A stretch of 62,202 nt of DNA, filler included, from 5 parts of 5 records of this genome joined end to end with filler, not necessarily neighbours in it; one strand, 5' to 3'. Positions 21,045 to 35,100 are shown, counted from the first letter of the whole stretch. The notes: generated from the letters alone by a model not told the origin. Made by a program: numbers and translations.

Positions 21045-22933
21045 ATGACTCAGGCAGACGACGGCCGCGAGGCGGTGTCGTCACTCTCCCAAGGGAGTTT
21101 CCCCCGGGTGGAGCAAGCCAGCCGTAAGGAGGCCGAGCACCTTGCTTTGGGGCGCGGAGCGCTGACCGAGCGGGCTGTGTGCGCGGGGTGCCATGGACCG
21201 ATCAAGGACAAGTTCCTCCTCGCCATGGGTAAGATGTGGCACGAGGACCACTTCCTCTGTGCCCAGTGCAAGGAGCCCTGCGGCGGTGGAAACTTTGTAG
21301 TGTACCAGAACAAGCCGCACTGCCTGACTCACTTCGGGCACAGCCTGGAGCCGTCGTGCGTGCGCTGTGAGAAGCCTATCCGGTCTGAGTATGTGGTCCA
21401 TAATCAGGAGCTGTATCATTGCGAGTGTTTCAGCTGCTCGCGGTGCAGCGAGCCGCTCCACGGACAAGTGTACTACAGCCTCGGCAACGGCGATGTGGAG
21501 TGCGAGGCCTGCAACCAAACCCACCTCCCGGTTTGTCGGGGCTGTTCCCTTCCAATCACAGACCAGGAGATCTATGAGCTGGGGGGCCACTGGCACCCGG
21601 CACACTTCCAGTGTGCGGAGTGCAAGAAGGAGCTGCTCGACGATGGCGAGTTCTACGAACACGATGGCCTGCCGTACTGCGCCAAGGACTTCACCAAGCT
21701 CTTCAGGGTGCGCTGTCGTATTTGCAGCATCCCAATTCAGTCGGAGATCAAGTATACCTCATGGGGGGAGCCGTACTGCGCTCACCATGACTCCCAGTAC
21801 CCGCGTTGCACCTTCTGCCACCGACCCACGGCCAAGAATATTAATGGTGGAGCGAGGAGATACAAGGATGGCAGGACGGTGTGCAATACATGCGGCGTTA
21901 ACTGCGTCCACGACGCCAAGAAGGCGGAGGAAGTGCTGGCGTTCGTGCGATCGGCCATGGAGAAGGCCGGAGTAGATCTACGGGTAAGATGCGAACTTTT
22001 GGTGTGTGTGTTGGTGTCGGCGCGGGCATAGTGGTGGTGAGGCGTGTCAACCTTGGTGTCACTGTCTCTCTCCCTCCTTTGTTTTGTTGTTGAAAATGGA
22101 TGATTCAAACTTGGGCTTACCCTGTCACCCGTAGAAAACCCACGTTAGGGTGGAGCTGGTAGAGCCGGCGGATCTGAAGCAGTTCAAGGAGTTTTACGAG
22201 GACCCATGTTCGCATCCTCACTGCATGCTAGCGTACAGTGCCCATCAGACCAAGGCCAAAGGTTCCGGGCCCAAGCCCTTCCGAGCAATCCCGGAGCGCC
22301 TGGTGTGCCTCAGTGGGATGCCGTTTGAGCACGTGAGTGGAACAGTGTTTGTGATATAGTGTTTGTGTGTGGCGGATCCTCTTAGTCCTGTGACGAATGA
22401 GCTCCCTTGGATCGGTGTTTGTATTTGATGTTGCGGAGAGCGTACTGTGCGATGGATAAGATTTCTGACGGTGGTCGTCACAGACTGCCGCGGCGATCGC
22501 CCATGCCCTTGGTCATGCGTTTATGATGGTACACAACAGGCCGGCGATGGCGGGCCCCATTAGCGAAGGCCTCTCCACATACTTTGAGACAGTGGTGCTT
22601 TCTCACCGCGGCGGGGACATCGCGGAGTTCCTGATGAGTGAAATTGACAACCGCAGCCATGCCGACCGGCGGTATGGACTGCGGGAGGCTACGAAACAGG
22701 TTCAGCGAACATCTCTCAAGAATGTGATCCAGTGCGTCTTGCAGCACAATAGGTTCCCCCGTACCTACTCGAAGGCTCGTGATGAGGACGGGAACCTGGT
22801 TCATAGGCGGAGGGTCGGAGACCCAGAACCCGTACCGATGCCCCGCTCAGTGCGCCGTAACAGGCCGAGTGGTGGGGCCAGCAGTCGTGAAGAGAGCCGT
22901 GAAGGAAAGAGCCGTGACGGAAAGAGCCGTGAC
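21045..22933 (+). CDS. Three LIM domains plus LIM-like and DA1-type peptidase-like domain, spliced, 3' truncated
   Basis: Three CxxC..H..C/H..CxxC LIM units, WGEPYCAHH...RCTFC...DGRTVCNTC DA1 LIM-like unit, AIAHALGHAFM...ISEGLS. Confidence 0.8.
22891..22933 (+). repeat. 15-nt coding tandem repeat (SREGK/SRDGK) at contig end
   Basis: About 3 copies of AGAGCCGTGA(A/C)GGAA. Confidence 0.8.
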
Positions 22934-23033
22934 NNNNNNNNNNNNNNNNNNNNNNNNNNNNNNNNNNNNNNNNNNNNTTAATTAATTAANNNNNNNNNNN
23001 NNNNNNNNNNNNNNNNNNNNNNNNNNNNNNNNN
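22934..23033. other. Artificial contig-joining spacer
   Basis: N44-TTAATTAATTAA-N44. Confidence 0.99.
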
Positions 23034-26000
23034 CTCCTCTGCCTCCTCCTCTGCCTCCTCCTCCTGGGCTTCTTCCTGGGCTTCCTCTTCTTGGTTGTCG
23101 TGTGCAGGCTGGCTAGATATGGCGCGGCCATCTATGGTCTTGTGCTTGAGGTTGCCTAGAGAGGGACATATTGTGAGCGAAATTGACGTGACCCTGTGGC
23201 CTGTCCGCCTACCTATAAAATACCCGTCCGTGCAGTTGTTGGCAGTCAACATCTGCCTCACCTTGTAGATGAGTTGTTCGAGTGACTTTTTGATTTGGGG
23301 AATTTGAGCGAGCATGGCAGTGGTCTTTTGCACCTTCACATGAGAGCACAGCGTCTGCACACGCCATGTTTAAATCTGCGTATCTTTAACGAATCTCAAC
23401 CCCTGTCATCCACTCACCTGTAAGAAACGCGTGGTTGCTTGAAGCATTTTGAGACAGTTAAGAATGTCGCTCTGATGGTGCTTGAACTGGAGCAAGGAGT
23501 CAGCACTCTCAATTGTACAGCCACAGCTAGCAACCCACATTGGCTGTGAAGAATGGCAGGGAGAGCAAGAAGTGCTTGACAAACTGGCCGCCATATTTCA
23601 AGAACTGCCCAAGCAAAACTGTGTGCTTGTCCTCAAAGATCTTCGTCTGTTCTTTAAGGGCCTGCAGAAGCATCACAGCAGAAGTTGCACGGCCCACGGT
23701 GACTAGTGCGGTCGATGAATCCGTTGAGGGAGAGAAATTGAGGCAGGTGAAGGCCTTGACCAATTCCATTAGGACAACTTTGTGGTACACCGGGAAGGTT
23801 GTGGAATTGATGGTGCCGAAGTTGGGGTTGTCAGGCTCGCTAACATAGCCCATCATAACATCAGCAACCAAGGTGTGCAATACATCCATCGAGGTACGGG
23901 AGCGTTCGATATACTCTCGCATGACCACCGCAATGCCATCCACATCCTGCATAGACATCAGTGACATACTGAATCGAGGCAACGAATGATCCAGACCTTG
24001 ACCTCAGTATTCCAATCCTTTCGCAACAGGTTTGCCGAAAAGTCGCTAACGCTGGCGTGGATGTCATGGTGAGAGCCGACATTCTTGAGGAGTGTCGACG
24101 CCAATTTGACAATATCTGGGGAAGTGTTAGAGATCGAGCACGAGTAGTTCTGACGCCGTACCAGCCCCAACATCGAAACTGCTGACGCCTTCTTCCAGTT
24201 CAAGCAAATACTTCACCGCCTGGATACGGAGGTCTTCCATGGATGGGCGCCGCCGGCGATCGGTGTCATTTGCGCCAGCAAGAGACTTGAGCACCTCGCC
24301 AGCAGCATCGGCACAGTCGGAAGTGGCGAATACGTCTGGACACGAGAACACGCACGCAAGGATCTTGACCAGGACCTGTAAAGTGGGCTCGGCACACTCT
24401 CGCTGTTAAATATGAATCAAAATTCAGATTTGAGTCAGGGCATCATAGGAACAAACCGCAGCAACATCGTCTTGATCTGAACTGACCGCAATCAAGGTGC
24501 CGATATGATGCCTAAAGGTGCACAGCGCCTCCTGAAGAATGACATCAGTGTTGGCGCAGAGCACAATGTGTGGCCGTTTTTACCTTGATCTCCTTGAGTG
24601 CCTTCTGAGGCGCGCAATCAGCAATAATCGAGGACTTACGGCGATTGCCCCCGAGGAATGACAGCTTCGAAGAAGAAAAGATCATCTTGATCTTGGTGTG
24701 CATGTCTTTCAAGAGGTAGCTAAGAATAGATGGCTTGTGGTGGCGTTAGAATCATCGAGATCATTGCGTCATAAAGGGATATACCTCAAGTGTAAGGACC
24801 TCTGTTTCATGCCCACATGTGTCAAACTTCTCCAGATTTAACGTGGATGAGTTCGTCAAAATCTTGTAGCTTTCAAGGCCGATTTCACGAAGGAATGGCC
24901 GGATTTCTTCAAAAGAATTCTCTGGTGCAACAGGCTTCACAGCCTTCTTCCCTCTGAAAGTACAATAAATACACCATGATCATACACGTAAGGTCGGAGC
25001 TTACTTCGGATCGTCGCTCGACTTGCCAACTTTGGATGTCTTTGCGCCAGCTTTCTTGGCCTTAGCCTTGGCTACCATTCCAGGAGGAATCATATATTGC
25101 GGAAGAACAAACTGGTGTTCCATCATTTGTAGCGCCTTGTCCAATTGCTCCTCTAGGGAAACCACATTTAGCAAGCGCTGAAGGACTTTTCCCTGCATTT
25201 CCAAATTCTCCTGGTCGGCGAATGCGTTAAGCAGCTCCCGGAACCTGCGTCCAATATAAGCACGCAACGTGGCAATGAAGCCAATGGCATACCAGTTGAT
25301 GCCGTGAACAAGCTGTAAGCACATAGAGTCCTGGACAGAGGGGCTGCAGCTTTCAAACGTCTTTCGTCTTGTGAGTTTAGGAACGCTGGAACAGCTCGCA
25401 CTACGTACATCCAGGTAAGAAGGATCAAAAAGATTGAGGGGGCAACCCAATAGGCCATCAATTCCGCTAAGGTCATTTTCTTGCAAGATTTTCTCGCATA
25501 TTTGGGCTACCCTGAATTTCGAACACAATGTGGCTACTTTTTCCTGAAAGAGTATGAGAGGATTTTTCGCAAACAATCGAGAAATCCCATACCTGTTTGA
25601 AATGGCCTTCAGAAACCATCCCATGAATATTCAGTGCGATTTGCGAATCCTTCAACATGATGAGCATTCAGCCGCCCAAAGACACTAAACTGGGATACCT
25701 TTCCATCCAAATTATACAAAATACTCTGGGAAAGGCTCGATGAGCTAGTACCCCCCCCTCCTGGCAGCTTTCCGTCTTCAAGATCCACAAGGAAATCCTC
25801 CTCAATCTCGCTTGCAATATTCCTAACGCAAACATTTCAGCAAAAGATAACAACTTGATGTTGCCAACGCTTACTCTGATATCCATTCAATTACGTTTCT
25901 GTGCACACTAGGGGTGCTGACCAGACGGGTCATCTCGTCATACATGAAGTTGAGGCTCTCCTACATGTTCACTCTTGAGATGTTGTGCGAGGGGAGAAGG

Positions 26001-28404
26001 TTTCATACTAACCACTGAGCGCTTGCACTGGGACAATACGTTGTCCATCATTTCACGAAGGGACTTCAAAACCTCATCCGATGCGTCCTCATTGGCTCTA
26101 ACCTTCACCATTGTGATTATACCGATGATACCAATTCTCTTAAACTTGAAATCAGAATTGCTCAGCTGCTTTCGCACTACAATATGCATGTCGTCGTTCA
26201 AGGTATCCCTGTCGTTCTGCAGTGAAGATGAGCTAACCTGCAACAGACCTTCACCAATAAGGAAACGAACCTCTTCGTCGGCCAGCAACAGCAAGCAGAA
26301 AACATTGAATACCACCCTGAGTTGCTTGTTGTCAAAACTATCCAAGTAGTCTAGCATTCCTTTCAAGAAGACGGAAAATCTTCCGATGGTTGCGACATCA
26401 CTCTTCACAAGCTGCAGAAGAAGCTTCAGAGCGGAATTCACCTCCATCTCCGCTCCTGCACCGGTATGCGTGATTATGTTGCCAATCACCTCTTGGCAAT
26501 GGTAATCATCATCAAAGTGATGAAAAAGAGCACTGTACGTCTGTTCACCAAACCTGACCAAAGCCGCATCTCGGGAACGAATGAATGCTTCGGCAATATT
26601 GAGAAGGACACCGAAGTATCTAGTAACGTGTCAGATAGATAACTTCTATGGACAACGCCTTACTCCGACAACGCCTCGGTGTGACTGTCAATACATCCGA
26701 CCAGAAGGGTGTTGGTGAAGGCGCCACTTTTGACTTTCTTGCGAAGCAGAGAGTCTGCCTGCTTTCGGCAAGTCTGGATACTGTAAAGGATGATAATGAC
26801 CCACACGTCAAAGATCTTATGCTCCCCCTGTACACAAGAGTCAGGCCATTCTTTCTTCACCAGCACATGCGTACCTCGGGAACAAGAGATATTTCCCTGA
26901 GGAATGCTGCAGAGATATGCTTTCTAAATTGCAAGCCTGCTCTCAAAGCCTCTGCGGATAATATTTAGGTTCAGCCCAACTCAAAGACTATGCACACTAC
27001 CGAGCGACAACACCTCTGCGTCCTTCAATCGTTCCGTGCGGTTCCTGCGGCTTGGTCAAAAACACACGAGGATTCAACGATTTCACAGGGTTGCTGCTTA
27101 CTGGGTCGCAGTATTAGCCCTCGGCGCAGATGAGAGATCCAGATGAGAGCGCATTGCTTTCACGACCTTCTGTGCCGCCTCGGGAGGAGCCGCTTGCAAG
27201 ATAAATCTACAAGTATCATTAGTCAGAGTCCTATCGCATTGACCTTGAGCATAGCTACCTCACAACCACGGGAAGATCGTCACTCTTGGCGGATACGAGG
27301 GTCCTTTCAAAAACGGTGTCCAAGAAGGCCCCCTAGACAATCGATTAGGAGAAAACACGCCTATTGTAGAGTGTGCCTCGCCTACCATCGACTCGTCTGG
27401 TATGTTGAGGTTCGAAACCGCGTCAATCACTGGCACTGCCATATTGGAGTCGTCCATCATGATGGCTTCGAAGCAGTCTAGCACCGCCTGTATCACTATT
27501 AGTGGAGTCACAGCGCCTATATGAGAACTCGCCATACCAGGTGATCCGCATCGTGGACAATATCTGGCATGAAGGCAATGATCTCCCTGGTTAGATTGGG
27601 GCTGCATGACGATACCACCTCGGCTATCTTAGAAGCAAGGGCCTTGTTGTCTACCACCTTTTCAATCCATCGCATTTGACTCAAGAGCCGAGGCGCCGGG
27701 CTCTCAGCAGTGAGTGCTTCGCTTTAAATCACCCCATCTATCAGCATGCCGTATTACTCACAACGTTCCAAATTCTCACCCATCACAATCCAACGTTGGG
27801 AGCAGCTCAAGTAGAGTGGATAGAAGCTCCATCTGTATGCACCCGACTCCCAGCAGAATCCGAAGCACTGTCTCCGGTGTTCTACAGAATCCAAATTAGA
27901 GTTACGGCTCTTCGAAAGTTTAGGAGGCGTACCCAAGTTTTGAGAAACCTTCATATTTTCCAGATGCGGACTTCAACGCGATCGGTTGGAGGCAGCTATC
28001 CAAGAAGTCAGAGTCCCTGCAATCATAAGTAAACGAGTGAACACGGATTGCACAAATAGCCAGCATACGAGAACAAGTCTTCAAAGGCGGAAAGGAACTC
28101 GTTCTTCAAATCCGCATTCGTTGAGAGTTTCTTTTCAAGAAACCAACGAAGATTTAGAACATTTTCTACAACAGATAAGCCAAATATCACATTCGACTAC
28201 GCAGGAACACTTACGAACACGATGGCTGGCGGGAAGAGCGCATAAAGTCAAGCCTCCTTCCTCTAAAAATGACTGCAAAGTGAACTTTCCTAGACACTCC
28301 TGTTAGTTTGGTACACGAATGAAGGATCCCATACCATCACAGAGGCGCTTGGCCTGAGCTTGCGGGAGCTCCCCGACTTCGCTGTTCGTTCGCTTTCCAG
28401 TCAT
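23034..28404 (-). CDS. FANCD2: Fanconi anemia group D2 protein, many introns, 3' truncated in an acidic repeat
   Basis: CQEVIGNIITH, FLKGMLDYLD, DDMHIVVRKQLS (monoubiquitinated Lys equivalent at 26169-26171), KRIGIIG, LQATTRFLQ.LCSH.K, GNLKHK; ATG 28404 inferred. Confidence 0.9.
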
Positions 28405-28599
28405 ACAGCTCTGAGAAGCACCGTTTTTTTTGTGCACTTGATGTATTAGTACCTAACCATAGCACACCGCTGTGGCCGCGGTTCACCATACCTCAGTCAC
28501 TGTATGACGGACTGCACTTGAGGTCTCCAAGTTAGAGGGAATTGACAGTCTGGCTCCTGCGAGTGGGCGGCAACAGCGGACCACAGCACTGAGGGTCTT

Positions 28600-29295
28600 C
28601 GGGCTGCCCCGGCTGTTCACGATCCGGAACCATCCCACCCTTGGAAAAACACTACTCTTGGTGGCATCATGTCACGGGCGCCGAAGGCGCCGAACTTCGT
28701 CCGCGGGGACAGTCCCCGGGGCGGCTGCCGCAGCCCGGAGGCCGCCGATCCGCTGTCTGAGATGACAGGGGTGTTTCCCGCGCCCACGACAGCCACAGTT
28801 TCCCATCGATCGGCTTGGGTCAAAAGCCATCATCCAAATCAAAATTGTTTCCTTTCGATCAATATAATAGACTATAATAAGCGGTTGATCTCTATTGGAG
28901 CCGTTATTGAGTGTTTTACTTGAATACAACGATCGATGGCACGGCGGCGTCCGGCGGAGACGCACCGACGGCAAAGCCTGCATCATTGACCGAGCCGTGA
29001 TTCACCAGCCACACCAGTGGCGAGGCAGCCGTCGCTGCCGAGCTGCTGCGCAACCGTTGGCCGGACCATCATCGGGGGAGAGCCTTCTCCTGCCTCTCGG
29101 CCGTCGCGGATGCGGTGAATGATCACGGGACCGTCTGGCCAGGGACATGAGTCGCGAGCTGCTGCGGGCCTCCCAATGACCGGACGGTCCGGAGTGCCAC
29201 GACCGGAGCCTCCGCCGAAGGGGGCTCCGGGGCCTCCTGCGCGGCCGCTGGCGCGCGGGTTGGCCGGTCTAGCGGCGGCTGCCGCTGCCGGATGG
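28600..29295. promoter_or_regulatory. Bipartite GC-rich island between divergent FANCD2 and IQ genes
   Basis: GC-rich blocks flank an AT-rich core at about 28830-28930; TTTCCCGC at 28774-28781. Confidence 0.5.
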
Positions 29296-29315
29296 AGAAA
29301 CCGAATAACCCTACT

Positions 29316-30964
29316 ATGAGTCACAGCCTGGGGTTCTTGGCTGGGAACATCGGAGAGGGATTGCCACGAACGAGAGGCCCAAATCTCAGCGCCGCAAACC
29401 TCGTTCTCTCCGAACAAGCAACCACTCATATAAACAACAATCTCAGGAGTTGGTATCCGCACGACACCAACACCCCCAAAATCTTTCAGAGGCAGGACCA
29501 TGTTCTGCGACCTGCGCGCTTAAGTTAGGTAAACTACCCATAGCAGTCGAGGTATGGTTCAAGCAGAAAGCACGTTGCACTTCCCAAAGGAAGTTCAGAA
29601 GCTTGTGGATCTTGTGTGTGATGAGGCTTTCTTTGGGGGTATCGCTCGTCAAATAGCCGTAACCACTCTACGCAAGAAGGCTGCAGCAGGTATAGGCACT
29701 GCCTTAAACAAAAAATGGTTGAAGTGTTTCCCTGACCGTCCTTGTGTGTATGTAGGTGCTGGGGGCGACTCCTCTCATGAGGACCTGGTGAAAACGGTGG
29801 GAGAGGCTCTAGACAAGGAGACTAACGCATTAGAGCTTCGTGTGGGATGTGTAGTTCTGGGAGTGTTTGCGTCAGAAACATCCTCCCATGCGGAACACAT
29901 AGCAAAACGTTTGGAAAGTGAGAGTCCCGAGGGGCTTGGGTCAAGCATTATTTATGAAAAGGTATCGGGCATTCTCCCAAAAGGTACGACGCCAAGTTCG
30001 GCCGCGTCTCGGCGGTCGTCGTTGAAGGGCGGGGCGGACAAGAGCAAGCGTAAGAGCGTTATGTTCAAAGATGACGAAGCAGATGCCGTGGTTGTGAACA
30101 CCTACTCCTCGAACGCAACAGAGGAAGACCCGTGGTACCGGTATGCGGTTTGGTGCCTGGCTTTTTTGGTTTATGCTGACGTGGTCCCAGGCACAACTCC
30201 GACTCAGATGAGTCCAATCTCTCCAACGACCCCTATGTGGAGGGCCAGTCGATGGAAATCCAAACTAACACAGCGGCCAATACTATGGCAGCAGCAGTTG
30301 ATTCAAACGGTAGAGACCAGGAGGAGGGCTCGGTATCTCCATCGAATTCGTATGAATTCAACGTCCGATCGTTTGCCAAAGAGAGGAGTGCGTCACCAGA
30401 GCGGTCCGTTTCTCCCCAAAGGTCCGCGGTTGAGATAGAGCTAGAGGAAAAGAAAAAGAGACTTGCTGAGCTTCATGAGAAGAGGAAGAAATTGGAGGAG
30501 CTGAAAAGACTCAAGGCTGAGAAGAAAAAGAAGAAAGGCTCGGGTTCTGAGTCGTCATCCAAGGCGACATCTTCCTCCGCATCCTCAAAGAGCTCATCAA
30601 AGTCCTCTAGCCAGCGAGAATCACCGGACATTGAGAAAATGAAGATCGTGGATCTTCGTGAGATGGTGACGCTGGGTCCGGACGGGTTGAGGGTTCACTC
30701 TGAAGACGACGCAGCCAGAATTATTCAGGCGAACGTCCGTGGCCACCTGGCGCGGCAGAACTCGTTGCGACGGAGGTTGTCCGAAGGCAAGGCCGCAGGT
30801 GTGATCCAGAGGTTATACCGAGGCTACTCTGCTCGAAAGCTGGTGGATGAAATTAAGGCTGATACCCCTCGGTCCGACCGACTTGAGCCAATCCAAAATG
30901 AGTCTCCGGTGGATGAAACGGCTGAGGAAGAATCTGCGGCAGTTGCGATTCAGTCTCAGTTCAG
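29316..30964 (+). CDS. IQ-motif (calmodulin-binding) and coiled-coil protein, spliced, 3' truncated; start uncertain
   Basis: AARIIQANVRGHLARQ, AAGVIQRLYRGYSARK, AAVAIQSQF. Confidence 0.7.
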
Positions 30965-31064
30965 NNNNNNNNNNNNNNNNNNNNNNNNNNNNNNNNNNNN
31001 NNNNNNNNTTAATTAATTAANNNNNNNNNNNNNNNNNNNNNNNNNNNNNNNNNNNNNNNNNNNN
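30965..31064. other. Artificial contig-joining spacer
   Basis: N44-TTAATTAATTAA-N44. Confidence 0.99.
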
Positions 31065-31330
31065 TGTTGCTGCTGTTGCTGCTGTTGCTGCTGCAACTGT
31101 TGCATCTGGGCTAGGTGCTGGTTGCCTCCTTGCAAAACTTGGCCAACACCATTGAGGTCCAAGTTCCCCAGCTGTCCGCCCCCCACTTGGTTCCTCATAC
31201 TCGCCAATCCTGGCTGCATTTGAGCATTTCCTTGTGGTAGCTGCGTACTACCTGAACCCGCCTGGCTCAAAAGATGACCTCCTAGCTGCCCTGATAGGGA
31301 AGGCGGAACGGGCCGCCCCCCCTGCTGCAT
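31065..31330 (-). CDS. Gln/Gly-rich low-complexity protein N-terminus, truncated at a polyQ tract
   Basis: MQQGGRPVPP...QQLQQQQQQQQQ with CAG/CAA repeat at the contig end. Confidence 0.6.
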
Positions 31331-32182
31331 CGTTGAGAGCTCGCTTGGTATTCTTCCTAGTGTGCAACTAGCATATAGATGCAACAAACTCTCGGTCTTC
31401 GGGACCCAGAGGAACTCGGCCAGAAGAGCACCTGCGGTTTGCTGTCATGTTCCGCAAATGCAGGCTTGCATAGCATACATGCTATAGCTGTGTCGCCTCA
31501 AAACGGCCTTTGCCAAGTTGTTACAAAGTTCCTGACACCGTCATGAAGCACACGTGAAGGGCGCACCTTTCTTGTCTAGCCCGTGCTCAAATGAAAAGCT
31601 TCGTTGATGAAGAGTTACCCCGGATGCGATCAGCGAGAAAAAAAAATTCAAGACTGACTGCCGGGCCGACCCCCCTTCCTCGGCCGCGCCTTGGGATCGG
31701 ATTCAGGTCAGGCCTGTCCGCGGCGAACAGTGAACAGGCCGGCCCCGGCCGAGAGTCACCAAGGCCGACCGAACGGGTTTTCCGCACCTCCTCGCGGGAG
31801 CTCGCTACAAACGGAGGTGCAAATTACAACGGTACGATTTGGAATGTTTTCACACATGCATTCATGTTATAACGGTCTGTAACATCGTGCACATGAATAA
31901 TGTTGGGTAACGTGCCCTTGCTCTTTGTCTCCCCTTGGCGCCCGGACGAAGTGCAGACTCATCACTGCTCGCCTGACGAGCGAGTCTATCGATCCCTCCG
32001 TCCTCTCAATGTCCTCAGTCTCCTCCTGCGCTCCGTCACTGCATCCCAGGACTCTACTCTGACAGGCTGGCAAGTGGCTTCCTCAAGTGGACTTCCCGAA
32101 CATGCATTCAGAAACGCTTTGGCTGTGAAGCATAAAGTCATCTAGTAGATGATGTGGGTTCTACAGGTCATTCCGTGCTATA

Positions 32183-35100
32183 ATGCAGAGTTTGAGCCGA
32201 AAAACGCCTATCCTTCGCAGGAGAAGTAACCTGGGAGTAGAGGACCGATGGTATTACGTAGACAACAGTGGAAAGGCACATGGCCCTGTTTCCAGGGATT
32301 TTCTTGCGGCGTTGTGGCTGAATGGACACTTGGAGGCTGCCACTGAGGTCAGGAATGATAACTGGGCGGAACAGACATGGAGTGGAATATCTTCTCTACC
32401 TGATTTGTACAAGTGGTTGCAGTCGAAGGCAATTACGGACAAAACACAAGTGGGTCGGGTGCGAAAAGGGGGAACGGACCAGGCTTTGTGGGAACTAGGC
32501 CCCATGGAGAAGGAAGTGAAATATGAATCAGACGATGATGAGTTTACCAAAGAAATAACCACGGTCCTGCGCAACGCCGACGAGAATGTTCTCGCGCAGC
32601 GTATCGAAACGGCACAAGAGGAGGAGAAAGCTTCTGTTGATCCCAGAGAAGCGATGGTATTCAGAAGCCGTCATGGGAAGTACAATAAGACATACCAGAG
32701 ACCTCAGACAGTTGGAATGATGAGCACCGATGTTGAAAATATTAATCCTAGAGGAACACCATTCGGATTAGCAAGGACAGAGCGACCAACAACAACGTTT
32801 GGCGAGGTGGAACGGAGACCTTACCCCCCTACTGCGATAAATGCGGAGAGACACAAGACCTTCTCGAGATCTCAATCAACTAAGAATGTCGGTTTCTCTG
32901 AAAATACCCCTCGCAGTCAGGAAGATGTGGATGTTAGCAGGCTCCGTCCACATTCCAATACGGCAGTTTCTGATGGGAAGAGTCCGGATGAGAGGTTGGC
33001 AATGCCCATGGATTCCAGGGCCTCCAGCAGAGGAACCGCCCGCCCGATGTCCCTGAAGTCCAATAATTCTTCCCACTCACATCCATCTCAAGAAGTCGAG
33101 CGCGTATGGAGGAATCGGCAAATGGCCGAAAGCCGGCAGAGCATGGTAAGCAGAGGAAGTGTTAGAATTCAGGGCGTCAGCTCTGTGAATGGTGTCCCCG
33201 AGCCTCTCTATCAGCATCGCAATCAGGATAAGTCACCGGACCTTGATCATGAGAAGGCTATTGATCAGATGGTGAACGACGTTGTTCTAGCGAATGCAAG
33301 TGAAAAGGCTCATTCGCATCGCTGGGCACCATCAAGAGCAAAGTCATACGAAGAGGATTCATCTAAAAGCGGGGTCTTTTCATCGTTAGGAGACGAATAC
33401 TTTGATCTTGGGAATCACAAGACTGCTCTCCAGTACTTTGAGCGACAGTTAAAAACATCCAGGAAGGAAGGTGATGACAATGCTGAAGTGTCGGCTCTAT
33501 TGAATTGTGCCCGAGCAATATACGAGATGGGAGAGAGACAGGAAGCAATGTCCCATTTAGAGGAAGCAATGCAGTTAGCTGAAGACATCAATGATGCTCG
33601 GGGTACTTGCCAAGCTTTGGGAACGATGGGGTCTTGGAAACTCAGAGAAAACCATCACATGGAAGGGCTCGAGCTTTTCAGGCAACAATATGAGGTTGGT
33701 AAGGAGATCATGGTTGTTTCCCACATTGCCACAGCCCTTATTGGCATGGGACAAGCAAGTCAGGCTCTGTTCCGTATGAACGATGCCCTCCGTTACTTTG
33801 GTGATTCCATTGATTATCTCAAAGAATTGAGAGACTTCAAAAAGATGACGGCAGTTTTTGGACTAATGGGTGAACTGTATACATCTATTGGGAAGCATGA
33901 CGAGGCGCTAGAGATCTTGGAGAAACAAATGAATATGGCTTCAGGCCTGGGAGAATCAGCCATCATTGCCGACGCTTGGTGCTCATTAGGCGTAGCCAAT
34001 CTAGCCAAGGGAGATCACGTTGAAGCGGTGAGATGCCATCGTGAGCAGTTGGACATTGCTATGAGTCGAGGGAATAAGGGTGAGGAATACGCTGCATATA
34101 TTGCATACGGTGATGCCTTGTGGATGGGACGGGACTTTGAAGAAGCCATCAAGGCATATGAAGAGGGTAGAGAGTGCGCAGAAGCCTTAGAGTCCTGGGA
34201 GAAGCTTTGTAAGGCTCACCTGAAATTGACCATGGCTCTTGAGAGCATCGAGCATTTTGAGCGATCTATTCGGCTTCACAATTCTGTGTTGACAAGGTTG
34301 GACCATAATCCATTGTCGAAGAACAGTGTGGCTGGAGTTGAGTACCGTGCCTATATTGAGATGCACAAAGGCTTCTGCCAGCAATCACTTGGCAACTTCA
34401 ATGGAGCACGCCGAAGCTATGAAAACAGTTTGACCCATGCGCGCCAGATCAATAGCACACTTGTGCAGGGCAAGGTCAAGTGGAGAATGGCCGAACTTAT
34501 GAAGGAGCAGGGCCTCTCTCGCCAATCCACAGCTTTATTCAAGCAAGCCCGTGAAATGTATGCTATCCACAACCAGAAGGCAAAGCTTGAGGACGGTCCT
34601 GCGCTCCGCGATGAAGGTTCTGTCCTTGAGCAAACTGCCTTCGCCCATTTGTCTGGCGGGAATGTATCCAAAAGCATTGCGTGCCTACAGGAATGCCTCG
34701 ATCTCTTGCACAATGATCGCCAGGATGCTACTGATGAAGACACCCACATGAAAATGGAACGGGAGATGCATATCAATCTGCACCTTGCTGATGCTCATGC
34801 TGCGGCGGGCCACCATGACCTTGCAGTTCAATACACTGTTAGATGTCGAGAGATAGCCCTTTTGCTAGAAGATAAGAGAATGGAAGCGAATGTGCTTTTC
34901 AAAAGAGGATTGTCACACAAGGAAATGGGATCGTATGATGAGGCCCAGGAAGATCTTGAAGCTGCGCAAGAGCTCTTTTCCTCCGAAGTGAACACGCTCG
35001 CAGTTGCGAAGACATGCTGTGAATTAGGGAAGCTCAAGACGGAAACAGAGTCCTATCAGGCCATCCGGCTCCTTACTCGTGCAAACAATTTGTTTGAAAA

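Noticed and set aside
15756-28404. HRQ1 plus FANCD2 as a crosslink-repair gene cluster
   Set aside because: They are on different contigs separated by a spacer
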